A DNA stretch of 64,000 nucleotides from Prasinococcaceae sp. CCMP 1430 (taxonomy: Eukaryota > Plantae > Prasinodermophyta): assembly GCA_013416795.1 (NCBI GenBank), contig RQSC01000008.1:279582-343581 (forward strand). The letters are read 5' to 3'. The translations under genes were made by a program, and so were the position numbers. Below are positions 48,930-59,646 of the stretch, in pieces (the stretch's first letter is position 1; each line of letters begins with the position of its first letter). Below the pieces are notes generated by a model that saw only the letters and a list, made by a program, of their open reading frames with translations, ran no database searches and was not told where the DNA came from.

Positions 48930-49838
48930 ATGGGCGCCGTCGTCGCGCCCGCGCTGATCATCGCCGCCTCGGCGTGCGCGATGGTGTTTGCGATCATGCT
49001 GTGGAAGAAGGTCGCCGCCGTGTCGCTCGACTACCGCGGGTCGCATTCCACCATGGACATGGACAACGAGCTCGCCGATGTCGACGCGGAGCGCGGCAAC
49101 GCCCTCAGCCCGCTGGCCGAGTCCTTCCAGAAGCTCCGCACGATCTACTCCGACATCCGGACGGGCGCGCGCGCCTTCCTGTACGCCGAGTACCTCATGT
49201 GCGCGGCCTTCCTGCTGGCGTTCGGCCTGCTGCTGTTCGTGCTCGTGTCGCGGCTCGAGAGCGGCTGGGACTTCCAGGTGGGGCTCCTCACTGCGCTGGC
49301 CTTCTGCGTCGGCGGCGTCACCTCCATGGTCGCGGGATATGTGGGCATGATGGTTGCCGTCTTCGCCAACGCGCGCACCACGGTGAGCGCCATGGAGAGG
49401 CCCGACAGCCGCGCATGGACGGCGAGCTTCAACTGCGCCTTCCGCGCCGGCGGCGTGATGGGGTACGCCCTCGCCGGCGTGGGTCTGCTCACACTCTACG
49501 TTCTCATCTCCGTGTACGCCGCGATTTTCGACGTGAGCCTCGGGACGGAGGAGGCGCTGCGCCTCTTCGAGTGCGTCGCAGGATTCGGGCTCGGAGGCAG
49601 CGCCATCGCGCTCTTCGGACGCGTCGGGTGAGCCGCGCGAGCGCAAACAGCCGCCGATCACGCAGTGGCTCTGCGCGACGTGACCGCTGCCGCTCCCCCC
49701 TTCGCGGCGTACGTGCCGCTGTGACCGCTGACACCAGGCTGCTACTGCTGCGCGCCACCTTGGGCGTAACGAACGCGCGCGCGATGCACGCGCGCCGCGC
49801 TCGCGCCACGCGCGCGCACGCGCGCATGCTGCAGCGGT

Positions 49839-49873
<35 letters not shown>

Positions 49874-51586
49874 CCTCGCGGGCAAGGTGTGCGCGGGCAT
49901 TCCCGAGGACGACCCGCGAAACCCCGCCACCATCGCCGACAACGTCGGCGACAACGTCGGCGATGTCGCCGGCATGGGATCGGACCTCTTCGGCTCGCTG
50001 GGCGAGGCCACATGCGCGGCGCTCGTGATCGGCGCCCAGAGTGCCGACCTGGTGGGAGCCGGGTGGGACGCCATGCTCGTTCCCTTGTGCGTCACGGCCG
50101 CGGGCATCTTCTGCTCTCTGGTGGTGTCGTTCGTCGCTACGGACATCTCCCCCGTCAGGCGCGAGGCGGACGTTGAGCGCGTGCTCAAGGTGCAGCTTTT
50201 CCTATCCACTGCGTTGATGACCGCGGTCATGTACCCGGTTCTCCTCGTGCTGCCCGACAATTTGTACCTGGGCCCCGAAGGATCCTTCGAGGTGATGTGC
50301 CCCACGCCCGAGGCAGTGGCGGCGAACTCGCGCTGTGTGAGTGGCGCGCCGCTCGCGGCATTCGCGTGCGTTGCCGCCGGCCTGTGGGGCGGGTGCGTGA
50401 TCGGGTTCGTGACGGAGTACTACACCTCCCACTCGTACAGGCCGGTGAGGGAGGTGGCCGCCTCGACGGAGACTGGGGCTGCCACGAACATCATCTACGG
50501 GTTGGCGCTAGGGTACAAGAGCACGATAGTCCCCGTGGGTGTGCTCGCGGCGGTCGTGTACGTCGCGTCGCGCTACATGTCCATGTACGGCGTCGCGCTC
50601 TCCGCGCTGGGCATGCTCGGCACGCTCGCCACCTGCCTAAGCATCGATGTGTACGGCCCGGTGTGCGACAATGCGGGCGGCATCGCCGAGATGTCCGAGC
50701 TGCCTGAGAGCGTCCGCGATAAAACCGACGCGCTGGACGCGGCGGGAAACACCACCGCCGCCATCGGCAAGGGCTTTGCCATCGGGTCGGCGGCGCTGGT
50801 GTCGCTCGCGCTCACCTCCGCTTTCGTCACGCGCACGGGCGTGCTGCAGAGCGGCGTGGACATGCTCGCCCCGACCGTCTTCGCCGCGCTGCTTGTTGGA
50901 GCGATGCTGCCGTACTGGTTCTCCGCTCTCACCATGAAGAGCGTCGGCCTCGCCGCCATGGAGATGGTGAAGGAAGTGAAGCGTCAGTTCGACACCATCC
51001 CTGGGCTCCTGGAGGGCACGCCCGGCCACGGCCCGCCCGATCACGCCAAGTGCATCAAGATCAGCACCGACGCGAGCCTTCGCGAGATGGTCGCGCCCGG
51101 TTTGCTCGTCATTCTCACCCCGATCATTACTGGCACGCTCTTCGGTGTCGAGGCAGTTGCAGGTCTCCTCGCGGGAGGGCTGCTGTCCGGCGTCCAGCTG
51201 GCGATCTCCGCATCCAACACTGGCGGAGCGTGGGACAACGCCAAGAAATACGTGCGTGCGCGCGCGGATCGGCATGATGATATTAGAATGAATATTACAA
51301 TGACGCGCACGCGCACGCGCGCTGACACGTCCGCTCTCTTGCCACGCATCGACAGGTCGAGAAGGGCAGCCTCGTGGTCGGCGGGGCCATCCAGCGGAAG
51401 GGGAGCGAGTGCCACAAAGCGGCCGTGGTGGGCGACACCGTCGGCGATCCGCTCAAGGACACCTCGGGGCCAGCTCTCAACATTCTCATGAAGCTGATGG
51501 CCATCGTTAGCTTGGTGTTCTGCGACTTCTTCCTCGGCATCAATGAGGGCAGAGGCCTCTTCAACATGGGTTCCACCGGGAACTGA
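48930..51586 (+). CDS. H+-translocating inorganic pyrophosphatase, K+-dependent type; introns 49628..49834 and 51252..51355
   Basis: [59 protein letters not shown] (Ala at the K+-dependence site), [14 protein letters not shown]. Confidence 0.96.
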
Positions 51587-51722
51587 TTTAGCGTGCGAGA
51601 TTGAGAGAGGTGAGCCAAGCCGGCGACGAAATGCAGCACCTTCCTGCATGCCCGTGCGCTGTGCGCGTAAGATGATAAGGGTCACATACACGCGCGCGAT
51701 CGACCACTGCGACCGCAGCGAA

Positions 51723-53852
51723 TCACCTTTGAGCCTCCCCGAGCACGTCCCACATTTCCGCGAGCTCAAGGCAGCGCTCGGCTCGCGTGCAGGCCGGCAC
51801 GTCCGCCCCGTCCACCGCCATCTGCACGCGGTGTATCAGCAGCTGCCCCACGAAGATGTGCGTGGGTCGCCCGCCGACGTGGTAGCCATTAGTGAGCAGC
51901 GGAAACGAGCTGCGGAACATGACGAGCAGCTCATCCGCGGACGCCAACAGCAGGTAGTCCAGCAGCGTGCGTGTGGAGGCCGACGAGTGATCGAACTCGC
52001 ACGTGGAAGATGACGCGCCGCTGCACGCCTGGCCCACGCTCGCGGGAAAGGAGACGTGGCCGAAAGGCATGTCGGCAGTACTCACCACCAGCGCGTGCTC
52101 TCGCTCGGGAGCGAAGCGCCGCACGGCTGCGGTCATCGCCGACAGCACCACTGGAGAGTCAGACGAGAGCACGTAGCCAATCGGCCCCTTGGCCTCACCC
52201 CCGCTGGCCTGTGCGACTGCCTGTCGTGCCAGGCGACCAGCCGCGCGCTCCACGCACGCCATGAACTCAGTCAGCGTCGGGGCACTGCTGCCGTCGCAGT
52301 GCCCCTTGTCAGCGCCCTCATCTCCGTCCTGTTTGGTGTGCTTGACCCAGAACTCGACGTGCTTCTGCAGAAACGCGTCCAAGACTGCCGCGTCGTCGCT
52401 CGTGACCCCGACCGCGCCCGCCGCGCGCGGAAATCGCTCCAGCGATGGGCGCGGCTTGCGCTGCACGTCGGCGAAACCAGTGCGCACCTGCACGGCCACG
52501 ACGCGCGCAGCGCCTCGCAATCGCTCCGCGAGTTCGGCCAGCGCCTCCGAGAGCGACGGAGCGGGAGAGAGCACGGAGCGTAGGAAGCACCCGTTCGCTT
52601 CACATGCTCGGCCGCAGCGGCGCTCGAGCTCCGGTGCTCTCCGCTCGGCCACCTCGGACCCATGCTCGCTGGCGCCCACCGCAAGATTGTAGCTGATGCA
52701 CAGGCTCTGCTCCGGCTGATTGGGATGGCACCAGTGTCCCCAGTCGAAACCACCCTGGGCTGGCACACCCAGCGAGAGGCGGATCCAGGGGTGCGCCCGC
52801 CACTCGGGCGTTGCTCGCAGGGCGCCAATGACGTCCCCCTCCGCCTGGACGAGCACCTTGCCCTCCGGCGTGACAATGCCCCCGGGCGTCCAGCGCAAGA
52901 CGTACTCATCAGCGTCGCCCCAGCCAGTCGCTTCGAGGACGCGCGCGCGCTCTGACGGCGTCCAGCCCCAGCGCGCCAGCGCGCCGCTCTCCCCGCTGCG
53001 TATGCCAAAGTGGTCGGCCAGGTCGAAGATGCACTCGTGGGCGTCGCGCTGCGCGAACGCGCTCTGGCCCACCTGGTGGGCCCGCCCGCCCGCCACCGCG
53101 CCAGTCTCGCTACCACGCGCGCACGCGTCCGTCTGCGTGCGCACGAATGCCGCTCGGCCCGTGTCGAGGCCGAGCGTCAGCAGCTGGACATAGTGGAGCA
53201 GTTCGTCGCCCAGCCCGTTGAAAAACGGTCGGTCGCTCCAGTCCAGCACGAACACGCCCGCCGAGCGCAGCGCAGCGCCGCCGTACCGCGCGGCGGCTGC
53301 ACCCGCATACGCCGACGCTGCGCCGCATTGCGCCTTGTACGCGGCCTCTTGTCGCTCAATGGGAGTGATGCCTGCTCGTGCCAGCGCTGCGCTCGTGCTC
53401 TCCGGGGGCTCCAGCGGCTCTCCGCCGCGCTCCGCCGGCGCGGCGGCATCCCCGAGCTCAGCCCCACCCGCCGCTGAGGGCGACTGCACGCGAACCCGTT
53501 GTTCTGTCTGCACTGCGATGGACCCTGCGGCAGCCGCACTCGCTCGCTCGCCGCCGGCTTGTTGGGCATCAACGCCGGCCGTGCTCGCCCCGCCCGCGGC
53601 CCGTCGCCCGGCTGCGCCCATCCGGACGCCGCGCGCGTGCGCCCCGGCCGACGCCCCGCCCGCCACCGCAGCTGCTGCGCGCACGAGCCCCGCATCCAGA
53701 TACACCTCAGCGAAGGTCACCAGCGCCAGCGCCGTGACCAGCGCGAGCAGCCACGCCCGACCGCGATGCGGACTTACCCCCGTGCTGCCGGATGACGCCA
53801 CCGGCGCCATCGCCGAGGCGGCCTCCGAAAGGAAGGATGCCAGCCCCCCCAT
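51723..53852 (-). CDS. Type II membrane glycosyltransferase, fucosyltransferase-like (GT-B)
   Basis: N-terminal TM anchor, Ala/Pro stem, FNGLGDEL, VAVQVRTG, YVLSSDS, DYLLLASADELLVMFRSSF, which resemble alpha-1,2/1,6-fucosyltransferase motifs I-III. Confidence 0.68.
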   Translation of the reverse strand: MGGLASFLSEAASAMAPVASSGSTGVSPHRGRAWLLALVTALALVTFAEVYLDAGLVRAAAAVAGGASAGAHARGVRMGAAGRRAAGGASTAGVDAQQAGGERASAAAAGSIAVQTEQRVRVQSPSAAGGAELGDAAAPAERGGEPLEPPESTSAALARAGITPIERQEAAYKAQCGAASAYAGAAAARYGGAALRSAGVFVLDWSDRPFFNGLGDELLHYVQLLTLGLDTGRAAFVRTQTDACARGSETGAVAGGRAHQVGQSAFAQRDAHECIFDLADHFGIRSGESGALARWGWTPSERARVLEATGWGDADEYVLRWTPGGIVTPEGKVLVQAEGDVIGALRATPEWRAHPWIRLSLGVPAQGGFDWGHWCHPNQPEQSLCISYNLAVGASEHGSEVAERRAPELERRCGRACEANGCFLRSVLSPAPSLSEALAELAERLRGAARVVAVQVRTGFADVQRKPRPSLERFPRAAGAVGVTSDDAAVLDAFLQKHVEFWVKHTKQDGDEGADKGHCDGSSAPTLTEFMACVERAAGRLARQAVAQASGGEAKGPIGYVLSSDSPVVLSAMTAAVRRFAPEREHALVVSTADMPFGHVSFPASVGQACSGASSSTCEFDHSSASTRTLLDYLLLASADELLVMFRSSFPLLTNGYHVGGRPTHIFVGQLLIHRVQMAVDGADVPACTRAERCLELAEMWDVLGEAQR

Positions 53853-54214
53853 CCTTCTCCTCCCCCGCCCTCCCCTCTCCACGCGCCCGCGCGGACGCGC
53901 GGACGGCGCAGCAGGCGGCCCCCGGCGGGGCGGGGTGGTGTTCCGGGGGAACACGTCCCCATCAGGCTCCATTTGGTTTGACAGAGCACCCACCATTCCG
54001 TGCTTCGAATCCACCCAAAGCTCCCGGTGCGCGCGCGCGCGGCGAAGCGGGCGCTCGCAGCAGCGGCTCGTGCCCGCGCGCCGCATCTGCCGATTGGCGG
54101 GCGTTTGCATCCGCATCCGGGCGTGAGGCGTCGGCGCGGGCGCCCGGTGCGGTGCGGTGCGGTGCGGTTCGTTGGCGGCGCCGTCCGTTCGATTTCGGCT
54201 ACCGCCCACCCGCC

Positions 54215-54399
54215 ATGGCGGAAGGCACCTACGACCTCGACTCGTACACCTGGATCGTCGTCCTCGGCGGCATCCTCTCGGTGTGCGCCGCGTTCGGCAT
54301 CGGCGCCAACGATGTGGCCAACGCGTACGCCACCTCGGTGGGCTCGGGCGCGCTGAGCATCAAGTCGGCCGTCATCCTGGCGGGCATCTTCGAGTTCCT
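54215..54399 (+). CDS. N-terminal fragment of a PiT/PHO4-family phosphate transporter, truncated at the N
   Basis: AFGIGANDVANAYATSVGSGALSIKSAVILAGIFEF signature; homology ends exactly at N54400. Confidence 0.85.
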
Positions 54400-54400
54400 N
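54400..54400. other. Single N, probable contig join
   Basis: Unrelated coding sequences on either side. Confidence 0.75.
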
Positions 54401-56806
54401 CGGATCGCCGCCGCCGCCAGCGCCGGCGACAGCGATGGCGCGGGCGCGTTCGGCAGGCTCACAGCGGCGATGGCAGGCGGGGGGCCCAGCAGCGACAGCG
54501 ACAGCGACAGCGACGACAGCGCGGGCGCGCTTGCGCGCGGCGAGAGCGTGCCCGACGCCATGCTCGCGGCGGAGCGCGCGCTCGGCGAGACGTACCTCGC
54601 CGCGCAGCGTGGCATCGCCGCCAGCCGCGCCGCCAAGGAGACCGCCTTGCTCGCGCGCGCGGGCGCCGCGCCGACAGCGGAGTACCGCACCCCGACCAAG
54701 GCGCCGCGGCCCCCGAGCGCTTTGCACACGCCATTGCCAACGTCGAGGGGCTTCTACGCATTCGATGCGGCCGGGATGGCGCGCTCCGCAGACATCGCCA
54801 TGGCGTCTGCAAACGCGGCCGCGGCGCAGGCAGCGAGCGACGCCAGCGCCGCCGCGGGCGAGGCGCGCGCCGCCGCGGGTGCCGCGTCGCGCGTGGCGGA
54901 TGGAGTCGAGGCTCTGCGCGACGAGAACTCGCGGCGCATGGAGCGCATCGAGACGAGCGTCAAGCGCGTCGCTGAGGCCGTCGCCAAGGCCGTCACGCCA
55001 GAGAGAGCGCCGCGCACCCACGCGGGGACGCGCTCGGACGCCGAAGGCACCGCAGCCGCCCTCGCGGCCGCTGAGGGCGTCGAGGCGCTTCGCCGCACGC
55101 TTGACGAGCGCCTCGACGAGAGCGCGCGCCGCGCCGAGGAGGCGCAGGCGCGCATGGAGCGCCTGGAGAGCTGCGTGCAGACGGTGGCCGACACGGTCGC
55201 CAAGTCGCCCTCGCTCGCGCCCGCAGGTGCCGCAGATGTGCGCGTGGCCCCTGCGTCGCCCGCGGCCGCCCGCCCCACTCAAGGGGAGCTCGATGCTCTT
55301 GAGATTCAGGAGCGACTCTCGCAGCAGCTGGCTGACCAGGCGCGAGCGGGTGAGGAGGCGCGCACGCGCCTCGCGAGCCTCGAGCAGAAGATCGACGGCA
55401 TGACCGCGGTGGTCAGCGAGACCGCCACAGTCGTGGCGCTCTCCCCGGCTTCCTCTACGCCGCCCCCCGCTCCCGCCAGCGCCGGCGCGCGCGAACCCCC
55501 CGCGGGCCCGAGCGAAGAAAGACGCGCGGAGTGGCACGCAGAAGAGACGTGGTCGCGCCTGCAGCGCTTGGAAGACGGCCTCTCGGCGGTGGCCGCCAGC
55601 GTCGAGCAGGCGCTGACGCCGCAGCGCGAGAGCGCGCAGGCAGCGCTCGAGGTGACCCGCGACGCCGAAAACAGAGACGATGCGGAGACCACAGAGGATC
55701 GAGCGCGCTGGCGCGCCGAGGAGACGTGGAGCCGACTGGACAAGCTCGAGGAGAGCGTGGCGCGCGTCGAGGGCGCTCTCTCCGTCGAGGCTCGTGCGGA
55801 GGAGCGCGCGCGGGATGCGGAACTCGCGCAGGCGAGATTCGACAAACTCGAGGCAGCGGTGGGTGCGGTGGCTTCGGGAGCGTCGCCGCCGCCTGCCCAG
55901 GGTGCGCTCGTGCCGGAACCAGCTGAAGGCCAGGGCCGTCTCGACACTTTGGAGAGGACGGTCCTCGAGATGGCCGAAGCGGTGGCCAACACTCCTTTCA
56001 AGGCCGCCGAAGAAGGCGCAGCTGTGGCAGCCGAGGTCGGCGCCGCTGTGCGTGGGATGGAGGCCCTGCAGGAGCAGATGGTCAATCACATCGACGAGCA
56101 AATGCACCAATCGGCGGAGGAGCGCGAGCGCCTCACGCGCATCGAGTACGCGCTCGGTGCCCTGCAGGAGCAAACGGGCGTGCCGGCGCAGGCGGCCGAC
56201 GCGGTTGTCCTCGAGGACGATTCCGCAGGCGCGCGACTGGAGCTGGCCAAGCTCCAGGACGCACTCGTCAGCAACGTGTCCGCAGAGGTCGCTGCCGCTG
56301 TGGCTCCCGTTGCCGGCAGCGCCCTCGAGTCGGCAGCGCTCACGCGCCTCGAGACTAAATTGGAACAGGTCTCCTCGGCTGTCCTCAGCCCGCGCCTGTC
56401 GGCTGCGAAGGCCGCCGCCGCGCGCATCGAGAGGGCAGCGTCGTCTGCTCGTGGTGCAGGCGCTGCGGGCGATGGCGATGAGCCGACTCTGTCGCCACAG
56501 GTCCTCAGAGCCACCCTGGCCAACTTTCAGGAGCGCGTCGTCGAGGATTGCGCGGCGGAGCTGCGCGGGGCGCTCGATGGCGCCGCGGGCGAGCTGCGCG
56601 CGGCCGCAGCAGAGGGCGCTGTGCGCGCCGCCCACCCTGCCGCGCCGCCAGCAACAGGCAGCGCTGCTTGGTGGCTCGCTGGCCTCGCCTCCTGCCTGCT
56701 CGCCGCTTTGACGGCGCGCGCCTTCGCAGCCTTGCAAGCAGAGGGCGGATGGGCCGAGGCGCAGGGCGCGGGAGGGATGTTCAGGGGGGCGATGCCCCCA
56801 TCGTAG
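54401..56806 (+). CDS. 5'-truncated repetitive coiled-coil protein with C-terminal TM anchor
   Basis: 800-codon open frame, Ala/Glu-rich, repeated R-h-x-x-h-E segments, TM-like AAWWLAGLASCLLAALTARAFAAL near the end. Confidence 0.7.
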   Translation, partial: RIAAAASAGDSDGAGAFGRLTAAMAGGGPSSDSDSDSDDSAGALARGESVPDAMLAAERALGETYLAAQRGIAASRAAKETALLARAGAAPTAEYRTPTKAPRPPSALHTPLPTSRGFYAFDAAGMARSADIAMASANAAAAQAASDASAAAGEARAAAGAASRVADGVEALRDENSRRMERIETSVKRVAEAVAKAVTPERAPRTHAGTRSDAEGTAAALAAAEGVEALRRTLDERLDESARRAEEAQARMERLESCVQTVADTVAKSPSLAPAGAADVRVAPASPAAARPTQGELDALEIQERLSQQLADQARAGEEARTRLASLEQKIDGMTAVVSETATVVALSPASSTPPPAPASAGAREPPAGPSEERRAEWHAEETWSRLQRLEDGLSAVAASVEQALTPQRESAQAALEVTRDAENRDDAETTEDRARWRAEETWSRLDKLEESVARVEGALSVEARAEERARDAELAQARFDKLEAAVGAVASGASPPPAQGALVPEPAEGQGRLDTLERTVLEMAEAVANTPFKAAEEGAAVAAEVGAAVRGMEALQEQMVNHIDEQMHQSAEERERLTRIEYALGALQEQTGVPAQAADAVVLEDDSAGARLELAKLQDALVSNVSAEVAAAVAPVAGSALESAALTRLETKLEQVSSAVLSPRLSAAKAAAARIERAASSARGAGAAGDGDEPTLSPQVLRATLANFQERVVEDCAAELRGALDGAAGELRAAAAEGAVRAAHPAAPPATGSAAWWLAGLASCLLAALTARAFAALQAEGGWAEAQGAGGMFRGAMPPS

Positions 56807-57128
56807 CTCTTCCATCTACGGCTGGCCTGTGACCGCGCCACGACAGCAGACCCCGGCAGCACGGGCGAATGCACCTCGCGCCGCCAATGCACGATGCGCG
56901 CGCGCGTATTGTTTGTGAGGCCGCAATCGCTCATCAGCAAATAGATCAGCAAATTGGACACTCCTTCGTCATTACTTCGTCATTACTGTGGGCGTGTGCA
57001 GGCATGTATTCAGAATATAATCCGAAACGCCTTCTCCCCGTTGTGGGTGGGCGCGGCCTTGCGCCGCCGACTTGCGGCGCGCGCGTGCGCACCTACAGAC
57101 CTCGCGCGCTCCATCTGCCCGCCACCCG

Positions 57129-58986
57129 TCAATCGACGACGCGCACGAAGTCGGCGATCAGCGTGAACTACCGAAACAGATGGGGCGGCGGCGGGTCAGC
57201 ATTGTGCAGGCAATGGATGCGTGATATGGGATCTCCACGCACGGTACATGCGCTCGTGAGACCGCATCGCCGCTGGTGCAAGCGCAATACAAAAACGTCA
57301 AGCTCAGGGAGGCGTGCTATCAGCGTCCCAAGACCGCCGTCAGTCTCACGTACCGCCCGTGTCTCCGTCACCCTTGCAACGATCGTCTTGCGCTTGAGCT
57401 CCTCGTAGCGCCCCGGGAAAAATATGAGGCGATTCGTGCGCGTCTTGCCAACGCAGCCACCCTCGGGGTCCTCTGGGTTGGGGCCCTCCACGAGGACCTC
57501 GAGCTCACGGCCCATGAAGCGCTCGGATCGCTTGCCCGCGTAGTAACGCACCATCTCGTTCAGGCGATTCAACCGATCGGCCTTGATCAAATCAGCGACC
57601 TGGTCCTCGCGCTCGGCCGCGGGCGTGTTGGGGCGCGGCGAGTACGCAGCCGTGAAGGCGTTGTCAAACTCAACCTCCTCATACAGACGCAGTGTGTTTT
57701 GAAACTGCTCCTCCGTCTCGCCTGGAAAGCCCACGATGATGTCCGTAGTGAGGGAAACGTCCGGAATCATCTCCTTGATGTCGTTGATGATACCGAGGTA
57801 CCGCTCGGCGGTGTAGCCGCGCTTCATCTCCTTGAGCACGTCGTCGTCGCCACTTTGGAACGGAAGGTGAACGTACTCGCACATCTTTGGCAGCTCAGCG
57901 ATGGCCTTAATGAGGCGCTTGGAGAAGTAGCGAGGGTGCGAGGTCGCAAACCTTTCAGTAGGAGAAGGGATGAGCGTGTCAGCACTCTGCTACCGGCGCG
58001 ACCATGTCGCGCGACCATGTCGCGCGACCACGTCGCGCGACCGTCGCCTCCGCGCCGCGCGGGCGCCGCGCGGACGAACCTGATCCTTTCGATGCCGGGC
58101 ACGTCGTGCACCTCGTACAGCAGGTCCGTCAGCGTGTTGGCGCGGCGTCCCGAGCCGTCGGCGGCCATGCCCGGCAGATCGCGGCCATAGGCGTCTATGT
58201 TCTGCCCGAGCAGCGTCACCTCCTTGTAGCCCGCCTCGCCCAGCGCGAGCATCTCGCGCTTGATGTCCTTGGGCAGGCGCGACTGCTCGCGGCCGCGCGT
58301 GCTCGGCACCACACAATACGAGCAGTGCTCGTTGCAGCCGTAGATGATGTTGACCCACGCGCTGAGGTCCGAGTCCCTGCGCGGCTGCGCGATGTCCTCC
58401 ATGATCTTGATGGGCTCGGTGGCGACGACCTGGTGCGCGTGGCGCTCCACCTGGCCCAGCAGCTCGTCGATGCGGTTAGCGTGCTGCGGACCCATCACCA
58501 GGTCCACTTCCGGCACCCGTCGCAACAGCGTTTCGCCCTCCTGCTGGGCCACGCATCCCGCCACCACGATGCGCAGGTCCGGGTTCTCGCGCTTGCGCTT
58601 CGCCTGCGTGCCCAGGATGCTGTACACCTTCTGCTCGCTCTTGTCGCGGATGGAGCACGTGTTGTAGACGAGGACGTCGGCATCGTCGGCGTTTGTCGTG
58701 CTGCTGTAGCCCATGGTCTCTAGCGAGCCCGCCATGCGCTCGCTGTCGCTGCTGTTCATCTGGCAGCCGAACACGTGCATGTAGTAGCGCTTGCCTTTGC
58801 CCATGTCTGCGAGCTCGCCCTTGGCCGCCGTCGCGCCGGTCGGCGGCGCGCGGTCAACGACGGTGCCGTCGGGGCCGTTGTAGTTGCTCGCATCTTCGAG
58901 GCCACCCTCAGGCGGCGACTCGGAGGCGGGGTAGGTCTGTGGGAGCGCCGCCGCGGCCGCCCCGCGCCGCGAGCGCCGGCCCGCGG
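57129..58986 (-). CDS. miaB: tRNA-2-methylthio-N6-isopentenyladenosine synthase MiaB (radical SAM), 5'-truncated at N58987; introns 58079..57952 and ~57349..57168
   Basis: [34 protein letters not shown] (CxxxCxxC), [12 protein letters not shown]|[31 protein letters not shown] and a TRAM domain. Confidence 0.96.
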
Positions 58987-58987
58987 N
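58987..58987. other. Single N, probable contig join
   Basis: MiaB 5' end stops here; sequence beyond has the character of a 3' UTR. Confidence 0.7.
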
Positions 58988-59268
58988 CATGCAGCGTGAA
59001 TTGCGTTTTAGAAGAGGTGTATCGCCACGGCCTGGGGCATGGAGAAGGAAAAGAAACTTTATGTGAGACGCCCTCGCATTTATGCGTCTCTAGTGTGCAT
59101 TGCTCTCGCAATGATTCAGCACCGGTCGGCGCGCGCCCCCTCTCTTGTGCCTCGCGTAGCCTCAGAAGGTACGAGGCGCGCGACACCACGGCAGCCTGGC
59201 TCGCGACGCGAGCACACTGTCGTGGCCTCGCCAAACACGAGCGAACGTTGCAGCGGCTGCTCGAGCTG

Positions 59269-59574
59269 CTAGATGTTCTCTTGGTTGTACCCGTACACGT
59301 TGGCCGCGTGCCTCTTGGCCGCCTGGCGCTTCTTGAAGTACGTGAAGCCGAAGTAGCCGCCCGCGAGCACAACCACGATAATGAGAAGGATGATGAAGAG
59401 CCTGCCGGCGGTGAACCAGCTCGAGCTCTCCTCGTCCTCCTCCTCCTGGCAGAGCGAGCTCGCGTTGATCTTGACTTCCATCTCACCACCAGTCGAGTTG
59501 AAAAAGTCGGCATGGTGAATGCACAGGTGCTTCACCAGAGTGGCGTTGGCGCCGGTGGGCTGCGTTACCTTGAT
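59269..59574 (-). CDS. Orphan terminal exon of a type I membrane protein
   Basis: GGCGCAG acceptor; three N-glycosylation sequons (NAT, NST, NAS), TM LFIILLIIVVVLAGGYFGF, basic KKR stop-transfer and a Tyr-containing tail. Confidence 0.55.
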   Translation of the reverse strand: MKVTQPTGANATLVKHLCIHHADFFNSTGGEMEVKINASSLCQEEEDEESSSWFTAGRLFIILLIIVVVLAGGYFGFTYFKKRQAAKRHAANVYGYNQENI

Positions 59575-59646
59575 CTGCGCCAAGACGCCAAGCGCGACCG
59601 CGTCGCAATGGCCGGCACCGCTGACGACTGGCGCGTCTCCCACTCC

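Noticed and set aside
54215-56806. Apparent PiT phosphate transporter / coiled-coil fusion (1004-aa ORF)
   Set aside because: The switch occurs exactly at N54400 and the PiT part is only ~60 aa; a scaffold join is much more likely than a real fusion.
58940-59040. MiaB start codon implied by the ORF track at 58990
   Set aside because: It spans N58987; the true 5' end is probably lost in a gap.
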